DNA of 64,000 bases from Balamuthia mandrillaris (GCA_031835245.2 JAVKOQ020000074.1:1-64000), one strand, 5' to 3'; shown: positions 1 through 14,442, counted from the stretch's first letter. Program-made: numbers and translations. Notes: a model not told the origin generated them from the sequence alone.

Positions 1-2329
1 AAGAAGAAAGGAGAAGGAAGAAAACCGGTTTACTATGAGCTTCCAAGATCCGTTGATAATGCTTCGAGCGTCTAAGATCAAAGATGTAAATGCCTTTCTC
101 CCGTTTCGATGCCGTACACAAGATATCTTCCTGAAACTGAAGCGAACTTATGGAACCAACACAAGGCACTTTAATGGTCTTGATGCATTTGCCACTCTTC
201 AGATCAAACATCTTTATGGTCTTGTCATCACTTCCGGTTACCAGCAGAGAAGAACTGAATTGTAAGCATTTGACTCCGCCATCATGTCCTTCACATAAGA
301 GTACACATGAGATTAAACAACGTAAACAATGAGGAGAAGGAGAGAAGACAGTAAGAAGCACCTTCAAGAACTCGAACACATCGTCCATTGTTGGGATCAA
401 ATTCACGTATCTTGCTGTCAGAGGAACCGGTGATGATCCTATTCTTGTCAAATTGAAGACACCATACCGGCGACGACACTTCTTCGTTTTTCAGCGTCTG
501 CAGCATGTTGCCTGAAAGAGGAGTTGAACGACAAAAGACATTAAAACAACGAAACTGCAAAGAGGGAGAGAGAATAGTTAACCTGTCTGAGTGTTCCAAA
601 TCCGAACAGTCCCATCATAACTGCTGCTAACTAGCTTATTGGCATAAAAGTCAACGCAAGTGACCCATCCAGTATGTCCCCTCAACGTGCTTGTATGACA
701 TTGTCCGCTCTGCCAGTTTCTCTCCAACAGGAAACGAGCCTTGACCGTCTCTCGCCAGTCTCGATTGGCATCATCCTCTTGGTCCTCTGGTTGTCCCCAT
801 CGCCGCAGATGATACTCGCTCCAGAGGAGCGCATCATTGGTGAGCCTTCGCCAATCAGTGGAAACCAGGTTGGCATTGCAAAGAGAGACTATGTCCAAGA
901 AACTGAAGCAGTAGATGAGGAGCTCATCAGGAAAGTAGGCAGAAAGGTAGTTGCTTCCTCCACTTCTTCCCATGCCCTCAGCGAGTCTCTCAGCACCATC
1001 CAAAGCTTTCTCCAAAGAGAGGCGAGTCATGCTTTGTTCGCTGGATTGGAGGAGAGCAGGAACGGCCACTTTGTTGTTCTCTCCCAACGCAGAAGAGTCG
1101 GGAGGGGAGAGGGGAGGAGAGGAGGCTGCCTCTTCTTCTTCCTCGTCCGAGTCTCCCTCCGAGTCGGCAGGAATGTCTCTGGGAGAGAGGGAGACACCAC
1201 TGCCGAGGCGAGCGTGTCCTTTCATATGTGCGGAGGAGGCCGTAATGGGACCTTTGAAAACGTTGTGCTCCCATGCACCACGCAGTACTTGGCCATCTTT
1301 TCTGTGGAATGTGCCTTCGCCGTGTCTTACCTGTTTTATTGTTGGGTTGGTTGAGATGAGTGAGAGAAGAGCAAAGAGAGACAAGCAAAGCATAGTTGCA
1401 GAGCCGTATTCACTAGAGAAGAGAAATTGAACATAAAACAGCAGAGAGAGAGTACAAAGTAAGAAAAGCTGTACCACACGACAGTCACCATAATACCACT
1501 GAGCAGCCTGCCTATGCACCTGCGTCTTATCGGGCGCAAGGAATGCGTCCAAAAATGCCACAAGAGCAGAGGTCAGCGCCTCATTGCGTTCGTTGACCTC
1601 CACCACCAGGCATTTGCTGATAAGACCCGGCATGGACGAGTAGGAACGTTCTCTTCGTATTCTTGGCTCTCCTCCTCCTCCTCTCTCTGATGACGATGCA
1701 GAAGAAGCAGAACCAGCGGACGAAGGAGCGGAAGAGGACGAAGAGGAGATGAAAGAAGAAGCAGAAGCAGCTCTTGTTACCGTCGAAACAGATGAAGAGG
1801 TGGTGAAAGAAGAGAACGAAGCAGAAGAGGAAGAAGAAAAAGAAGGAGAGGAAGACGAGGGCGACAGAGCGGGCGGAGAAGAGGCGAAAGAAAGGACAGG
1901 AGAGCTGCCACCAACGGTAGCGGCTCCACCAGTTGAAGCAGAGACGGAGATGGGACTGGAGGAGAGGTGCGTTGGAATGGCAGGGTGTGAAGCACTGAGC
2001 ATGGCGGAAGTGGAGGTGGAGGTAGAAGAAGATGGACTAGCAAAGGTTATGGGGTTGTTGACGGTTTTTCTTTCCCTCATTTTCTTGCGAAGACTGTTAG
2101 AAGCTTTCTTTTTAGAGGAAGAAGAAGACGACGACGAGGAAGAAAAGGTTTGTTGTGGACTGGTTGTGGCAGGCGGTGCTGTACTCTGTTGTTGCGATTG
2201 GGAAGAAGAAGCAGCGGAGGAGGAAACCCCAATACCGCCAAAGGAAACGTTCTCCTTGGAGGTTTGCTTGCCTTCTTTTTTCTTGCCTTCTTTGTCGTCC
2301 TTCGCTAGCATGCTATTGCCTCCCTTCAT
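1..2329 (-). CDS. F-box/WD40-repeat protein with a MORN-like repeat and Ser-rich N-terminus (spliced; runs off the window start)
   Basis: F-box (FPDELLIYCFSFLDIVSLCNANLVSTDW), WD40 repeats (TLRGHTGWVTCVDF..LVSSSYDGTVRIWN; IITGSSDSKIREFD), MORN-like YYGD..RHGEGTF; likely ATG at 2329; GT-AG introns. Confidence 0.9.
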
Positions 2330-2613
2330 TTCTGACAAACGGACCTGCGGCAAGGGAAAGAAGCTACAGATGGGGTGGGGGTAGCGTTGTGCAACCAAAC
2401 CTTTGGTAGTCTCGGCTTCACTTCTCTTGGTCGTCACTTTTTTGTTGGAAATTATTTGATACAAAGTACCAAATAATTATTAATAATTTGGCGGAAAAAA
2501 TGATATTTGTCCGTAATTAAACCATTTAAAGATGTTTTATCGCGATATTTTCGGCCCAACGAAACCCAAGCGTCTCTTCGGGAAAGAAGAAGTAGAAGAG
2601 AGAGACATCAACG

Positions 2614-3774
2614 ATGCTCAGGAAAGCAGGGGTGTATGCAGGAGCCTTCAACGGTGCGGAACCGATCGTTCTCCCGCAGTACGTGAAACGAAATGCCTCT
2701 GACGGGTACTACTCCTCCTACCCCAGGCAGGTGGGACGAGTTCCAAGCCACTGGCTCACTTGGAAGCTGCTCTTGATTGCCTTGGCCTTTCTCTTTCTGC
2801 TCTACATGCTCATTGAGCTCCTCAAAGTCAAACGTCTCTCCGAGTTGGAGCAGTGGAAGTCCCTCTCCGCCAAAGAGCAGCAAGAGGCAGCCGAACAACG
2901 AAAAGCCAGAGAGGAAGCCGAGGAAGAAGTCAGGAACATGCAGCGCCAACTCTCACGGCATGACTTGGAAAGCAAACGTGCGAGAGAGGAGCTGGAAGAA
3001 CAACTGAAACGGGAAAAGGAGGCGATGCAAGTACTTCGCCAAAAGTTGGGGCAAATGTCGCTTGACGAGCAACGCGTTCAATCCGTTTTGGACAACCCTC
3101 TTGCTCGTGCCTCTGCTATCAGAGCAGTACCGGAGGAACAACAGAGACAAGAGCGAGCAGACCACATGGAGGAGCACAGAAGACAACAAAAGCAAATGGA
3201 ACAAGAGTTGAAGGAGTTGGCAGAGTTGAGGGAGAGAAGCAGAGAGTTGGAGCAGCAGGTCTGGGAGCTCCAAAGGCAAAAGGAAGAAGTGGAACGGACC
3301 ATGAGGTTCACTCTGACTAGCAAGCTGAAGGCGGAGCAGCAGATAGAGGAGTTGCAAAGGGAGCTCAGTGAGCAGCAAGAGAAGAAAGAGATGACCGTGG
3401 GGAGAAAAGAAGACCTGGAAGCAAAGAAAGAAGCAGTAGCCGAAGCAGAAAAGAAGCAGAAGCACGAACCATTTGCTTTGAAGGATGATGAGAAAGCGGA
3501 GGAGAATGTTGCACAAGAAGAGGAAGATGTTGAAGAAGAGGAACGAGATATAGCTCAGAAAGAATGGATGCTATGGCGGAAGAGGCATAGATCAACAGTT
3601 GATGGTGAACAAGACAGAGTAACTAATGGGGATAAAGAAGAAGAAAAGGTAAATGAAGATGAAGGAGAGTTGGCCAGGGAAGAACGAAAAGAAATATTTG
3701 AAGCTATGAAGCAAAGAGCACAACAACTGCGAGGCAAAGAAGCAGACAAAGTAGAAGCTATGGAAGAGGATTAA
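2614..3774 (+). CDS. Single-pass membrane protein with long E/K/Q-rich coiled coil
   Basis: Intronless 386-aa ATG ORF, one hydrophobic segment (LLLIALAFLFLLYMLIELL) followed by charged helical sequence. Confidence 0.75.
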   Translation: MLRKAGVYAGAFNGAEPIVLPQYVKRNASDGYYSSYPRQVGRVPSHWLTWKLLLIALAFLFLLYMLIELLKVKRLSELEQWKSLSAKEQQEAAEQRKAREEAEEEVRNMQRQLSRHDLESKRAREELEEQLKREKEAMQVLRQKLGQMSLDEQRVQSVLDNPLARASAIRAVPEEQQRQERADHMEEHRRQQKQMEQELKELAELRERSRELEQQVWELQRQKEEVERTMRFTLTSKLKAEQQIEELQRELSEQQEKKEMTVGRKEDLEAKKEAVAEAEKKQKHEPFALKDDEKAEENVAQEEEDVEEEERDIAQKEWMLWRKRHRSTVDGEQDRVTNGDKEEEKVNEDEGELAREERKEIFEAMKQRAQQLRGKEADKVEAMEED

Positions 3775-3870
3775 CGGGATAATGAGTATTAACAAAGAAG
3801 CTGAAGAAGGATAGCGTCCTATGGCGCACATAGACAAAATAAATATCCACAGTTGCGAAGAAGCGTCAAG

Positions 3871-4463
3871 TCAAGAGCTCTTTTTGGGATGAGTTCCTTT
3901 CGACGGTCCTGTGCGTCGTCGTTCAGTAGTTATTTGTTTCCTGCCGCGATTTGTTTTTGGTGTTGGTCGTTCTTCTCGTTCTTCTGCTGGTTCTTCTTCT
4001 TCTTCTTCTTCTTCTTCTTCTTCTGCTAGTTGCTGTTGTGTATCTTCTTGGGTGTGGTAGTCGGCGTGATGTCCAGAGTCTTCCTCTTCCTCTTTGCCGT
4101 GTTCCAGTTCATGGCGGTACAGTTTCATAGACTCTGCATCAAAAAGCATCAACAGATGTGTTAGATCCGGCATGAGGGAGTGAGAAATTGATATGAACCA
4201 TACCAGCTCTCAATTTCTTGATGGTAGCAGCCCAGCGAGCCATTTGTGTACGTTTGGTTCCCAAATCGGACTCTCATGGTCTAATCATCAAAAAACATGA
4301 TGAGATTGAGAAAAAACAAGGGTGTGAAGTTGATCAAGTAGAAGAAAGAAAGAAGGGAACTACAAGTACGCCGTTTTCTTGTAGGAGACGCCACGCCAAA
4401 GTGTAAAGACCCTTGATGCGCGTCCCCACCGCCTGCTACTTTCTCTTCAACCTTGCTGTTCAT
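3871..4463 (-). CDS. Small spliced acidic/basic hypothetical protein or gene remnant
   Basis: A gtatgg..gatgcag intron (~4203-4134) joins MARWAATIKKLRA in frame to ESMKLYRHELEHG; upstream exon joining is uncertain. Confidence 0.3.
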
Positions 4464-4742
4464 CCTGTTGCTTGTTGGCTTGGTGGGGAGAAACCCTTCT
4501 TACTTTTTTGGCGGGAAATGTTATTGTCGACTGTGCTCAAAACACACTACAAAGAAAGCGAAGGGGAGACCCCCCTGCTTGTTTTGTGTACGGGAAATCC
4601 CGCCCGCTTTCCTCCGGTTCGAATCCGTGGGGTTGCGTGCTGTTTGGTGGGTGGTTTTAGTCATACTTACAACGATGCCGAAAGGGAATGATTGGATTGT
4701 TCCACAATGCAATCCCCATAAGAGGATTATGCCTCCTACTGA

Positions 4743-4788
4743 ATTTCCATCACGAACAAGAAGGATGCTTATCTTCATCTATATAAAT
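4743..4788 (+). promoter_or_regulatory. ATTTCC + TATAAAT promoter of SIMPL copy 1
   Basis: ATTTCC 4743-4748 and TATAAAT 4782-4788; same pair upstream of all four copies. Confidence 0.65.
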
Positions 4789-4861
4789 GGCGTTAACATT
4801 GTGCTTCTATCGTCACCTCACGCACAACAAACAACAACTAAAACATCATACAACTTAAACC

Positions 4862-5596
4862 ATGGCAAGAACAGCCTTCTTTTTGGTTTTGATCCTCGCC
4901 GCCTCTTTGGCCTCTTTCGCCCATGCCGAGGAATGGGAATGGAAACAGACCTTGACGGTGACGGGGGAAGGCATTGTGGGAGTGGAAGCCGATGATGTCA
5001 AGGTCTTTCTGGGAGTGGAGGTCTTCGCCAAAACTGCACGCCAAGCCCAAGAAAAAGCTGCCCTCCTCATCTCATACATTGTCAACTTCCTCAAGAACGT
5101 GGATGATGTGGAGGACATCGAGACAGCGTTCTTCGACATCCGCCCAGTGATCAAGTACAACAAGCTGGTGGGCTTCGTGGCGGTGCACATCCTGAGCTTC
5201 AAGGTGAAGGATGTGGAGAAGTTGGGCTTCATCATCGATGGGGCCATCTACGCAGGAGCCAATCGGGTGGACTTCATCAAGTTCTTGGTGGACAAGGATG
5301 ACTTCAAGGAGGCTCAGGAGGAGGCCTTGGAGAAGGCCCTCAAAGATGTCGCCAAGCAAGGAGAGGTCATCTTGGATGCCTTGGACTTGGAGGCCGTGAA
5401 GCTCTTGAAGGTGGAGGTGGTGTCTGTGGACATCATCAAGGGCAAGGAGAAGTTTGGCAGCGTGGTGGACTGGTGGTCCAATTCCTCCTCCTCTTCCTCC
5501 TCCTCCTTTGTGAAGCCCGAGCCAGAGCAGTTTGTCAAGGCTGTGGTTAAGGTCACTGTAGTGGTTGAGGATGAATCCCAGGTGGACGGTAAATAA
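4862..5596 (+). CDS. Secreted SIMPL/DUF541 (BP26-like) protein, copy 1
   Basis: Signal peptide ending AHA; TLTVTGEG..EAD..V.LGVE, GF.A...LSFKVKD..KLG.IIDGAI.AGANRV..I.F, AL..A pattern typical of DUF541; intronless, GC-rich third positions. Confidence 0.88.
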   Translation: MARTAFFLVLILAASLASFAHAEEWEWKQTLTVTGEGIVGVEADDVKVFLGVEVFAKTARQAQEKAALLISYIVNFLKNVDDVEDIETAFFDIRPVIKYNKLVGFVAVHILSFKVKDVEKLGFIIDGAIYAGANRVDFIKFLVDKDDFKEAQEEALEKALKDVAKQGEVILDALDLEAVKLLKVEVVSVDIIKGKEKFGSVVDWWSNSSSSSSSSFVKPEPEQFVKAVVKVTVVVEDESQVDGK

Positions 5597-5625
5597 ACAA
5601 ATTGAAAGCTCAGCAATGCCTTATG

Positions 5626-5641
5626 AGAGAAAGAGAGAAGA

Positions 5642-5697
<56 letters not shown>

Positions 5698-5729
5698 CAG
5701 AGAGACAGAGAGACAGAGAGACAGAGAGA
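5626..5729. repeat. (GA)n/(GAGACAGA)n microsatellite
   Basis: Directly visible tandem repeat downstream of SIMPL copy 1. Confidence 0.95.
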
Positions 5730-6329
5730 AGGCGAAGAAAGCTACAATGAATAGAGTCTAAAGGTAGGGGCGAACGCGAGAACGACCACTTGAAAAAAGA
5801 TTGACCCGCCTCAAAGGATGGCTTGAAGAACAAAAGAGTGCCACGATTTGCTACCACGTATAACTCACTTGTCTAGCTCGTATCTTCTTCTCAAAAGAAC
5901 ATTCATTGGCCTTTTCTTTTCTTGCTCTCAAACCACCGACACCCCTTGCAGTGCTCTTCACTTCGCCATCAGCTAAGGGGCAGGACTTCCTGTACCTCAG
6001 AATAACGCTTTACTCCTGCGCGCCGTTACCAGCACCGGACTGGCTCTTCACATCCTCACCTGTCGACACAAATGACTAATTGGTCGGTTGGCTTCCATAT
6101 TTGGGTTCTTTTGCCTTTTTATCGATTTGCATTGGAAGAGTTTCCGTCCAGATTTCCTGCGTTGGACATGAAGCGGGATGTCCTTTGGGCCTTTGGGGAG
6201 AGGGATGTGAGTTTCGGTGTTGGTGGAGCAGAATCGATCCAAATATCGGCATGTGATGGCCTATAGTTCCATGAAATGGTCTTTCCTCCAAAAGGGATCG
6301 TCTCATATGAAGCCCATTTGCCTTGCAGA

Positions 6330-6375
6330 ATTTCCGGCACAACTAGCAGAAAATCTACCCCGTGCACGTATAAAT
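6330..6375 (+). promoter_or_regulatory. ATTTCC + TATAAAT promoter of SIMPL copy 2
   Basis: ATTTCC 6330-6335, TATAAAT 6369-6375. Confidence 0.65.
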
Positions 6376-6445
6376 GCGAGCGTGTTTGCCTCACAACTCT
6401 TCTTCTCACCTCACAACAAACAAACAACAACAACAACAAACAACG

Positions 6446-7195
6446 ATGGCAAGAACAACATTCTTTTTGGTTTTGATCCTCGCCGCCTTTTTGGCCTCTT
6501 TCGCCCATGCCGAGGAATGGGAGTGGAAGAAACAAACTGTGACTGTCACTGGAGAAGGCATTGTGGGAGTGGAAGCCGATGATGTCAAGGTCTTTCTGGG
6601 AGTGGAGGTCTTCGCCAAAACTGCCCGCCAAGCCCAAGAAAAGGCTGCCTTCATCATCGCTCGCATCGTCAACTTCCTCAAGAACGTGGATGATGTGGAG
6701 GACATCGAGACAGCGTTCTTCGACATCCGCCCAGTGATCAAGTACAACAAGCTGGTTGGGTTCGTGGCAGTGCACATCCTGAGCTTCAAGGTGAAGGATG
6801 TGGAGAAGTTGGGCTTCATCATCGATGGAGCCATCTACGCAGGAGCCAACCGAGTGGACTTCATCAAGTTCTTGGTGGACAAGGATGACTTCAAGGAGGC
6901 TCAGGAGGATGCCTTGGAGAAGGCCCTCAAAGATGCCGGCAGGCAGTTCGAAGAAATTGCAGATGAGTTGGACCTGGAGTTCGAGAAGATCTTGAAGGTG
7001 GAGGTGGTGTCTGTGGACATCCTCAAGGGTCACGGCAAGTTTGGTAATGTGGTGAACTGGTCCAGTTCCTCCTCTTCCTCTTCCTCCTCCTTTGTGAAGC
7101 CCGAGCCAGAGCAGTTCGTCAAGGCTGTGGTGAGAGTCACTGTCAAGGTCGATGAAGCAGGTGGTGATGGTGACGGTGATGGTGAATTGGACTGA
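6446..7195 (+). CDS. Secreted SIMPL/DUF541 protein, copy 2
   Basis: Near-identical paralog of 4862-5596; ATG at 6446. Confidence 0.88.
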   Translation: MARTTFFLVLILAAFLASFAHAEEWEWKKQTVTVTGEGIVGVEADDVKVFLGVEVFAKTARQAQEKAAFIIARIVNFLKNVDDVEDIETAFFDIRPVIKYNKLVGFVAVHILSFKVKDVEKLGFIIDGAIYAGANRVDFIKFLVDKDDFKEAQEDALEKALKDAGRQFEEIADELDLEFEKILKVEVVSVDILKGHGKFGNVVNWSSSSSSSSSSFVKPEPEQFVKAVVRVTVKVDEAGGDGDGDGELD

Positions 7196-7421
7196 AGGTG
7201 AAGGCCTGTTCCTTTTTTTTTTTCCCCACTCAAACAATAACAAAGTTTATGAACATAAGATGAAATAAGCACATCATGAGTGGCTGGTAGCTGGTGTTGG
7301 TGCTTTGAGAAGGGAGGCAGAGAATTTTGCTAAGAAAAGTTTAATGCAAACAAGCAAAGATAACTTAGGAATATAATGGTTAAACACGTGATGTTTAACT
7401 GTTTGTACGTAGCGCAAGGTG

Positions 7422-10144
7422 TCATGAGTGGACCAAAGCAGCCAACAGTTGTGCTTTGAGATCAGCAATTGCCAGAGATAGCTCTCTATCCATTTGTTCC
7501 AACCTCTGTTCCACTTGCGCTTCCAAAGATAGAAGGCCGTTTGTTGCTGACGGCGGCGGCTCCAACAGAAGCAGCTGTCGTGGACGATGTTGCGAATCAC
7601 CCATTCCGATGGCCAAAGGGGGAGAAGAAGGTGACTTGTTCATTAACGCTTTTAGTTCCAACACCAAGTTTGCGTTGGCAGCATCCAACGCCATGATTTG
7701 GCGATAGTAGGAGATCGAAAAAGCGAACAACATAACAGCCATCGCTATCGCCAAGACAAAGAGAACAGAACGAAGACCCAGCAACCCGTTCGTTTGCCAC
7801 GAACTGGAGGAAGGTGTCTTGGTTTTGATGGAAGGGGATGTTGTCAGTCGCGGAGATTGTTGCGAAATGGGTGTTGAATCAGAGATAGTGAATGTTGTAT
7901 CCAGCGCAGCAGAAGAGGAAGCAAGAGAAGGAGAAGAATGAGGAGAAGGAGAGGAGGAAGGAGAGGGAGATGAAGAGGAAGAAGAAGGCAGGCGAGAGAT
8001 TTCTACTTCAGCATGTTGAAAGAAATGGTGAATATAGTTATTCATTCTCTTCAAAACGGTTCTTTCAATAAGCTCTGCAGTCCCAAAGCAAACAAATGAT
8101 TTTAGACAGGAAAAAGAAAAGAAGAAAGGCAGAAAAGAAGCATGAAAAACCTTGAATGATTGGCGGTTTGTTCAGCCACTCCACCCAGAACGAGATCTTC
8201 ACTTCAACTTGTTGCGGGCTGAGTTGCGTTACTTCCCAACGATTCTTTTGTACAAACTCGTCCACATACATTGCGCCAAAACTACGAGTCTCGGTTGTCT
8301 TTATCAGCTTGCTTTTGTTTTTTCACACATGTTACCAAACTGTGATAAGATAAAAATACATTATAATGAAGGAAAAAGAAACGTACTCTTTGTTTGATCT
8401 ACAACAAAAGTGTATCTGTTGAGCTGATATTTTGTTCTTAAAGAGCTCGCTGTGTTGCGTGTTTCCAAACTCGAAGCTTAGAAAACGAAGAAGATAGTTT
8501 CCTTCTTCCTCTTCGCAGAGACCCCAGGTTCCACTTTCAACCTCTTTCAAAAAAGTATTAGAGGAAAATGGAACATAAAAAACAGATATGGAAGCATACC
8601 TTTAGAACATTCTATCTCGTGGACATGATGAATACAGCTTGATTCGTCGGAGAGGAAGTAATGCCAAAACTGAGCCAAGCTTAGCGGCAAGGTTTTGGCC
8701 AGCACCGCTCTCGTTTCCAGAGCGGTTCTCTCGGCTTCGTTTCGCAGGTTCAACTTCGGAGAAATAGGAGGCAATTGTTGCACGTTCTCATCAGAGACAA
8801 GCACTTTAAACAAGTCTTTTCGAGGTGCCTTGGCGATTTCTTCTTCTTCATCAGATTTGTTGTTATTGTTGTCTTCAGAAAGGCCGCTCTTTCTTGAGAA
8901 TGATTTTGATGACTCACGTCGAAGCTTTTCCAGGTCGACTGACTTTAATGAGAGATGAAATTAGAGGTTGCTTCCTTTGGAAGATGAAACGCAGTGCAAG
9001 AACAAGAAGACTTACGGTATCTCCTTTACAACGGTTCAAAACAGACATCAACACTTTGTACACACGTTTTTGATGCATGAAATGGCTAAACTTGAGCTAT
9101 TCAAGCAATGATGGTTCCTATATCAGTGGTGAAGAAACAAAACAAACAAGAAACAAAAAGGCACGGACTTACAGTGATAGGTTCTCCTTCGGACAAGTAC
9201 GTTACTTCGATCTTCTTTATAGGCTTCATTTGAATATCTAAGACACTGGCCATCGGTATTGTCCTCTGTTGTGACCACAAATAGGTACGACAGAACGGGT
9301 AAGAAAAGAGGAAGCTCGCAAGCGAAAAGGAAGGAAACGTACGCAAGAAGTGTTGGTCGAAGAAGCGAAACACAGGTAATGAGGTAGGATGTACAAGTTG
9401 CCGTGATGTATCGCCTTCAAGTGAAGCACACAATGGGTAGGTTCTATAGCCAAACAACAATGCAAAAAATAAAAGACAGTCAGCTGAAGAATCTACAACG
9501 AAAAGAGGAAGTCACAAACTTCGAACAGGATCGGCCACTTCTTCTATCGGGACGTTGAACCGTTCACTTAACACTTGCAGCTTCTTGCTCTTCTTGCCAA
9601 TGTCTTCCGGCAACATCCACGCTGTCACCGAGTTTCTTCTGGTTCTGGCGGTGCTCTCCTCGTCCTCTTCCTCTTCCTGCTTTGCGTCCTTTCCTTCTTC
9701 TTGTAGTTGAGCTTCCGTTTCTTTGTCGTCGCTCTCATCCAGTTTAAACTTGACTACGCTGCCGCCTCCACAAAGAGCAGCTTCTGGCCCGTCGTTAAGC
9801 TTGAAGCTGACTCGACTTCCTTCGCCACTGACAGGAGCAGCACCGCTGTTCTCGCTCTCTTGTTTCCTCTTCTCTTTCTCCCTCTTCTTCTTCTCCTTCT
9901 TCTCCAGTTTTTCCCTCTTCTTGGCTTCCTTTCTGGCTTTCTTCTCCTCTTCCTTTTGCTCCTTCAAAAGGGACTTGCTGCTGTTTCTTCTTCCCGTGTC
10001 TTGCGAGGCACGGCGCAGGACCGAGAAGTTGGCGGAGAGGGGCCGCTTCTTTCGGATCAAGGTTTCGTCGCTGAGGCTCTTTGGCGGCAAACCGCTTGGA
10101 AAGAGTTTGACGTTGCCAGCAGTTCTTTCTTCTGCCTCTGCCAT
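7422..10144 (-). CDS. GRAM + VASt/StARkin lipid-transfer protein with C-terminal TM and coiled coil (Aster/Lam-like), spliced
   Basis: GRAM-like HGNLYILPHYLCFASS; VASt-like LPLSLAQFWHYFLSDES and WEVTQLS..VKISFWVEW; TM VLFVLAIAMAVMLFAFSISYY. Confidence 0.8.
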
Positions 10145-10729
10145 CTGCGCTGTTCTTTCTTCGTTTTGTTTTTAGTGTATGTGTGTGTTTTATAGTGGTT
10201 GAAGCAAAAAAAAAAGTGTGCAGAGAGACACAGAGAGAAGGCAGCTGTGCCAGCTATTGTTGGTAGAAAAGCTTTATGTGTTTGTGCGTGTGGGTGTTGA
10301 CGGCCCGAAGAATGATTCCAAGAAGAGAGGAAGTCAAGTTGAAGTAGTTTGAAAAGAAAAAAATGCAAAGGAGGGAGACGTGTCTTGATTTATTTCGGTG
10401 GTGGTCTGCAAACTTTGCACATAAAGACAAAAAAAAGATTTCATTCATAAAGGGCTTTCAGGTCCAGTATGATTGGTTATGCGGATATTAATTTATCCGA
10501 ACTGATCATTTTAGGAGAAATTAATAGCCGATGTTGTCGACATAATCGCACAAAAGGAATATTTTTCGGGGATCTGTTCGGATACGCATATTTGATTTGA
10601 TTGGTTGCCGCGAAAACTTGTTTGGTTTTCAATTGGTTACTGGACCCGACATTGCAAAAAAAAAGTGTCTGCAATTGGATTTGAAATTGACTCCTATTGT
10701 CGACAAAAACTCGATTTCCTTCTCTCTGT

Positions 10730-11552
10730 TTATTCCTTCTTGAACCTCTTCTTTGTTCTGTTGCTGTTCTTTTGAGCATTTGTTGTTGTTGTTTTGGGCG
10801 ATGGTCGCTGTCGTTGTTGTTGTTGTCCTCGTGGCGAAGCGTTTCCTTTTCTTTGTGGTGTTGTTTGTTTTTCATTGCGATAGTTCTTTTTCTTCTGCGG
10901 CGACTGCGCGTTGTGGCTCGGCTGGTGGTTGCTGTTGTTTTTGTTATGGCTCTGCATCTTCCTCATCATTCTTCTTTGCTTGCGAGTAGTTTTTTGTTGC
11001 GTTGCCCCTGGCACAGTTTCTGTAGTATCTTCTTTCTTGTCCTCCTTTCGCCGGTTGTTCTTGTTTGTCTTTTTGCCCGTAACGCTGCTCTCTCCTTCCT
11101 CTTCGTCACTCTCCTCTTTCTCGTCTTCACCGTCTTCGTCATCTTCTCGTTTTCTTTTTCGTTGTTGTCTCTCTTTCTTTCCTGGGTTGTTCTTCCTCTT
11201 CTTGATGACCCCCTCGCCAATGTCTTCCCACAAAACTATGGCTCTGCACTTGTGACAAGCCAAAGGCACTGGATTTACGGTCTTGAACTTTAGGGGATTC
11301 AAACATCGGGGACACTTCACAACGGAACGTATATCTTTTTTTGACAATCAATCAATCAACAAAATGAAAGGGTCAACAAAAAAGAAAGATTTAAAAAAAA
11401 AACAAAATCTAATTGAAAAAATCAAAAGTGGTAAGAACACACGCACCGTCCAGTTCTTCAGCCAACGAAAGGGAAATCTTGAACCTTCGTTGTGGTCGTG
11501 GTTTGGTGCCAGGGTGAGGACCCTCCGGTTGTGCTTTATTTTGGTGCGCCAT
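10730..11552 (-). CDS. Zinc-ribbon (CPRC..CHKC) protein with K/R/E-rich tail, two exons
   Basis: Exon MAHQNK..ELD (ATG 11552) splices via gtgcgt..aaaag in frame into DIRSVVKCPRC; basic low-complexity tail. Confidence 0.6.
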
Positions 11553-12191
11553 GGTTTCACACCGGAGATCTCGTAAAACAACCCAAACACACAACCCCAC
11601 CAGCTGCTTCCTCCTTTCTTCTTTCTTTCTTTTTTTTGTTTTTGTCGACACAATGGTGACGTGTCTTATGATGACGTCCTGATCGAAATGTTGTCGACAT
11701 TATTCTGTCGACCTCTTTAACTGTCGACTCCCTCTCCGTTCTCGCAACCGTTCTTATGGAACACTGCAAAGCAGACACTGCCAATCTCTGTTATCCTCTT
11801 CTTTCGTTGGGTTTTTCCGTGTATTCATTCGTCACACCCCTCGTGATCGGTTGGGCTTTAAGGTATGTTACTCTCTCTGGTGATTCCTTCTTCCTTCCTC
11901 CGATTGCATCTGACAACCGCTATGCCTGCAACGGCTATCATGTGTTGTCCCAGTTCAATATTCTGGTGGAATTCCCGCAAGTGGGAAACATTGGAGGAGA
12001 AACGGAACTGGGGGGTTGCACTTGTTTTCCGATGCAATTGTTGTCGAGGTGTAAAGCGTTTTCAACGCGGTATTGACCATGGAGTACCGACCCACACCTT
12101 AATTAAGTACTAATTCGACTGCTCATTTTCATATGCGGTGATCTTCCCTTGGCGGCAAGGAAGAAGAAGGCAGGGCGTCGAGCCTCTACGA

Positions 12192-13796
<1,605 letters not shown>

Positions 13797-13823
13797 CCCT
13801 CACAACAAAACTAAACACTTCCT

Positions 13824-14442
13824 ATGGGCACAAGCAATAAGAAGGAGAAGGGCCGAAGAGAAGAGAGGAAAGCTGGTAGGTGGGCTAGGATGTTGTTAGG
13901 TGTCCTGGCAGTCTTCGCAACATGTTGTTGTGTCTCAGCAGGGGAGTTGAACCTGTTTATAGTGAACGGAAGTATGTTTTTCTCTGGCTCTTTCTCTCTT
14001 GCGGCTCGGTTACTCCTAAGGCCTGCGCAATGTACTGTTGTTGTTTTCTCTTTCAGTTTTGTTTGAAGGCAGCTTTCGGGAAACGTTAGTGTTCCGAATG
14101 ACCGTCAGAGACTCGCCCAACGGAGCAACCACCTCCCAATATTTTGACCTCTCTCCTGTCTATATTGCTGAAGTGACTGGTGACGGCCAAGACGAAGAGT
14201 TCATCTTCTATCAAGAGCTGAACAAGCCCGACTTTGTTGCCAACTGTTCTGAAAGCTTTTCCACCCTTTTCCACCGAAAGCGGTGTCACTTTCCCTTTTC
14301 GTTTTTTCCTGTAGCTCTTATTGTTGCTGTGCCTAAACAGAACAGAACAAAAGGGAAGAAAACAAACCTGGATCAAAGTCAAGATAGCTCTCGAAGCTGT
14401 CAAACTCAATGACATTATCATAGGTGTGCAGGTCATCCCATG
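13824..14442 (+). pseudogene. Truncated, internally inverted paralog of the 12192-13796 gene
   Basis: Exons 1-2 homologous (EGSFRETLVFRMTVRDSPNG vs EGSFPETFTFRMNVRDAPNG), break at ~14260; 14368-14442 is a reverse-complement homolog of 13374-13447. Confidence 0.7.

Noticed and set aside
4592..4601. NF-kB-like GGGAAATCCC site
   Set aside because: No basis for NF-kB in this context; better treated as a variant of the local GGAAAT motif
4560..4640. Possible tRNA genes at the B-box matches here and at 21290-21330
   Set aside because: No A-box, D-arm or acceptor stem can be built, and the T-stems are imperfect
6119..7243. 374-aa antisense ORF (and equivalents over the other SIMPL copies)
   Set aside because: Expected from GC-rich third codon positions on the sense strand; no independent protein features
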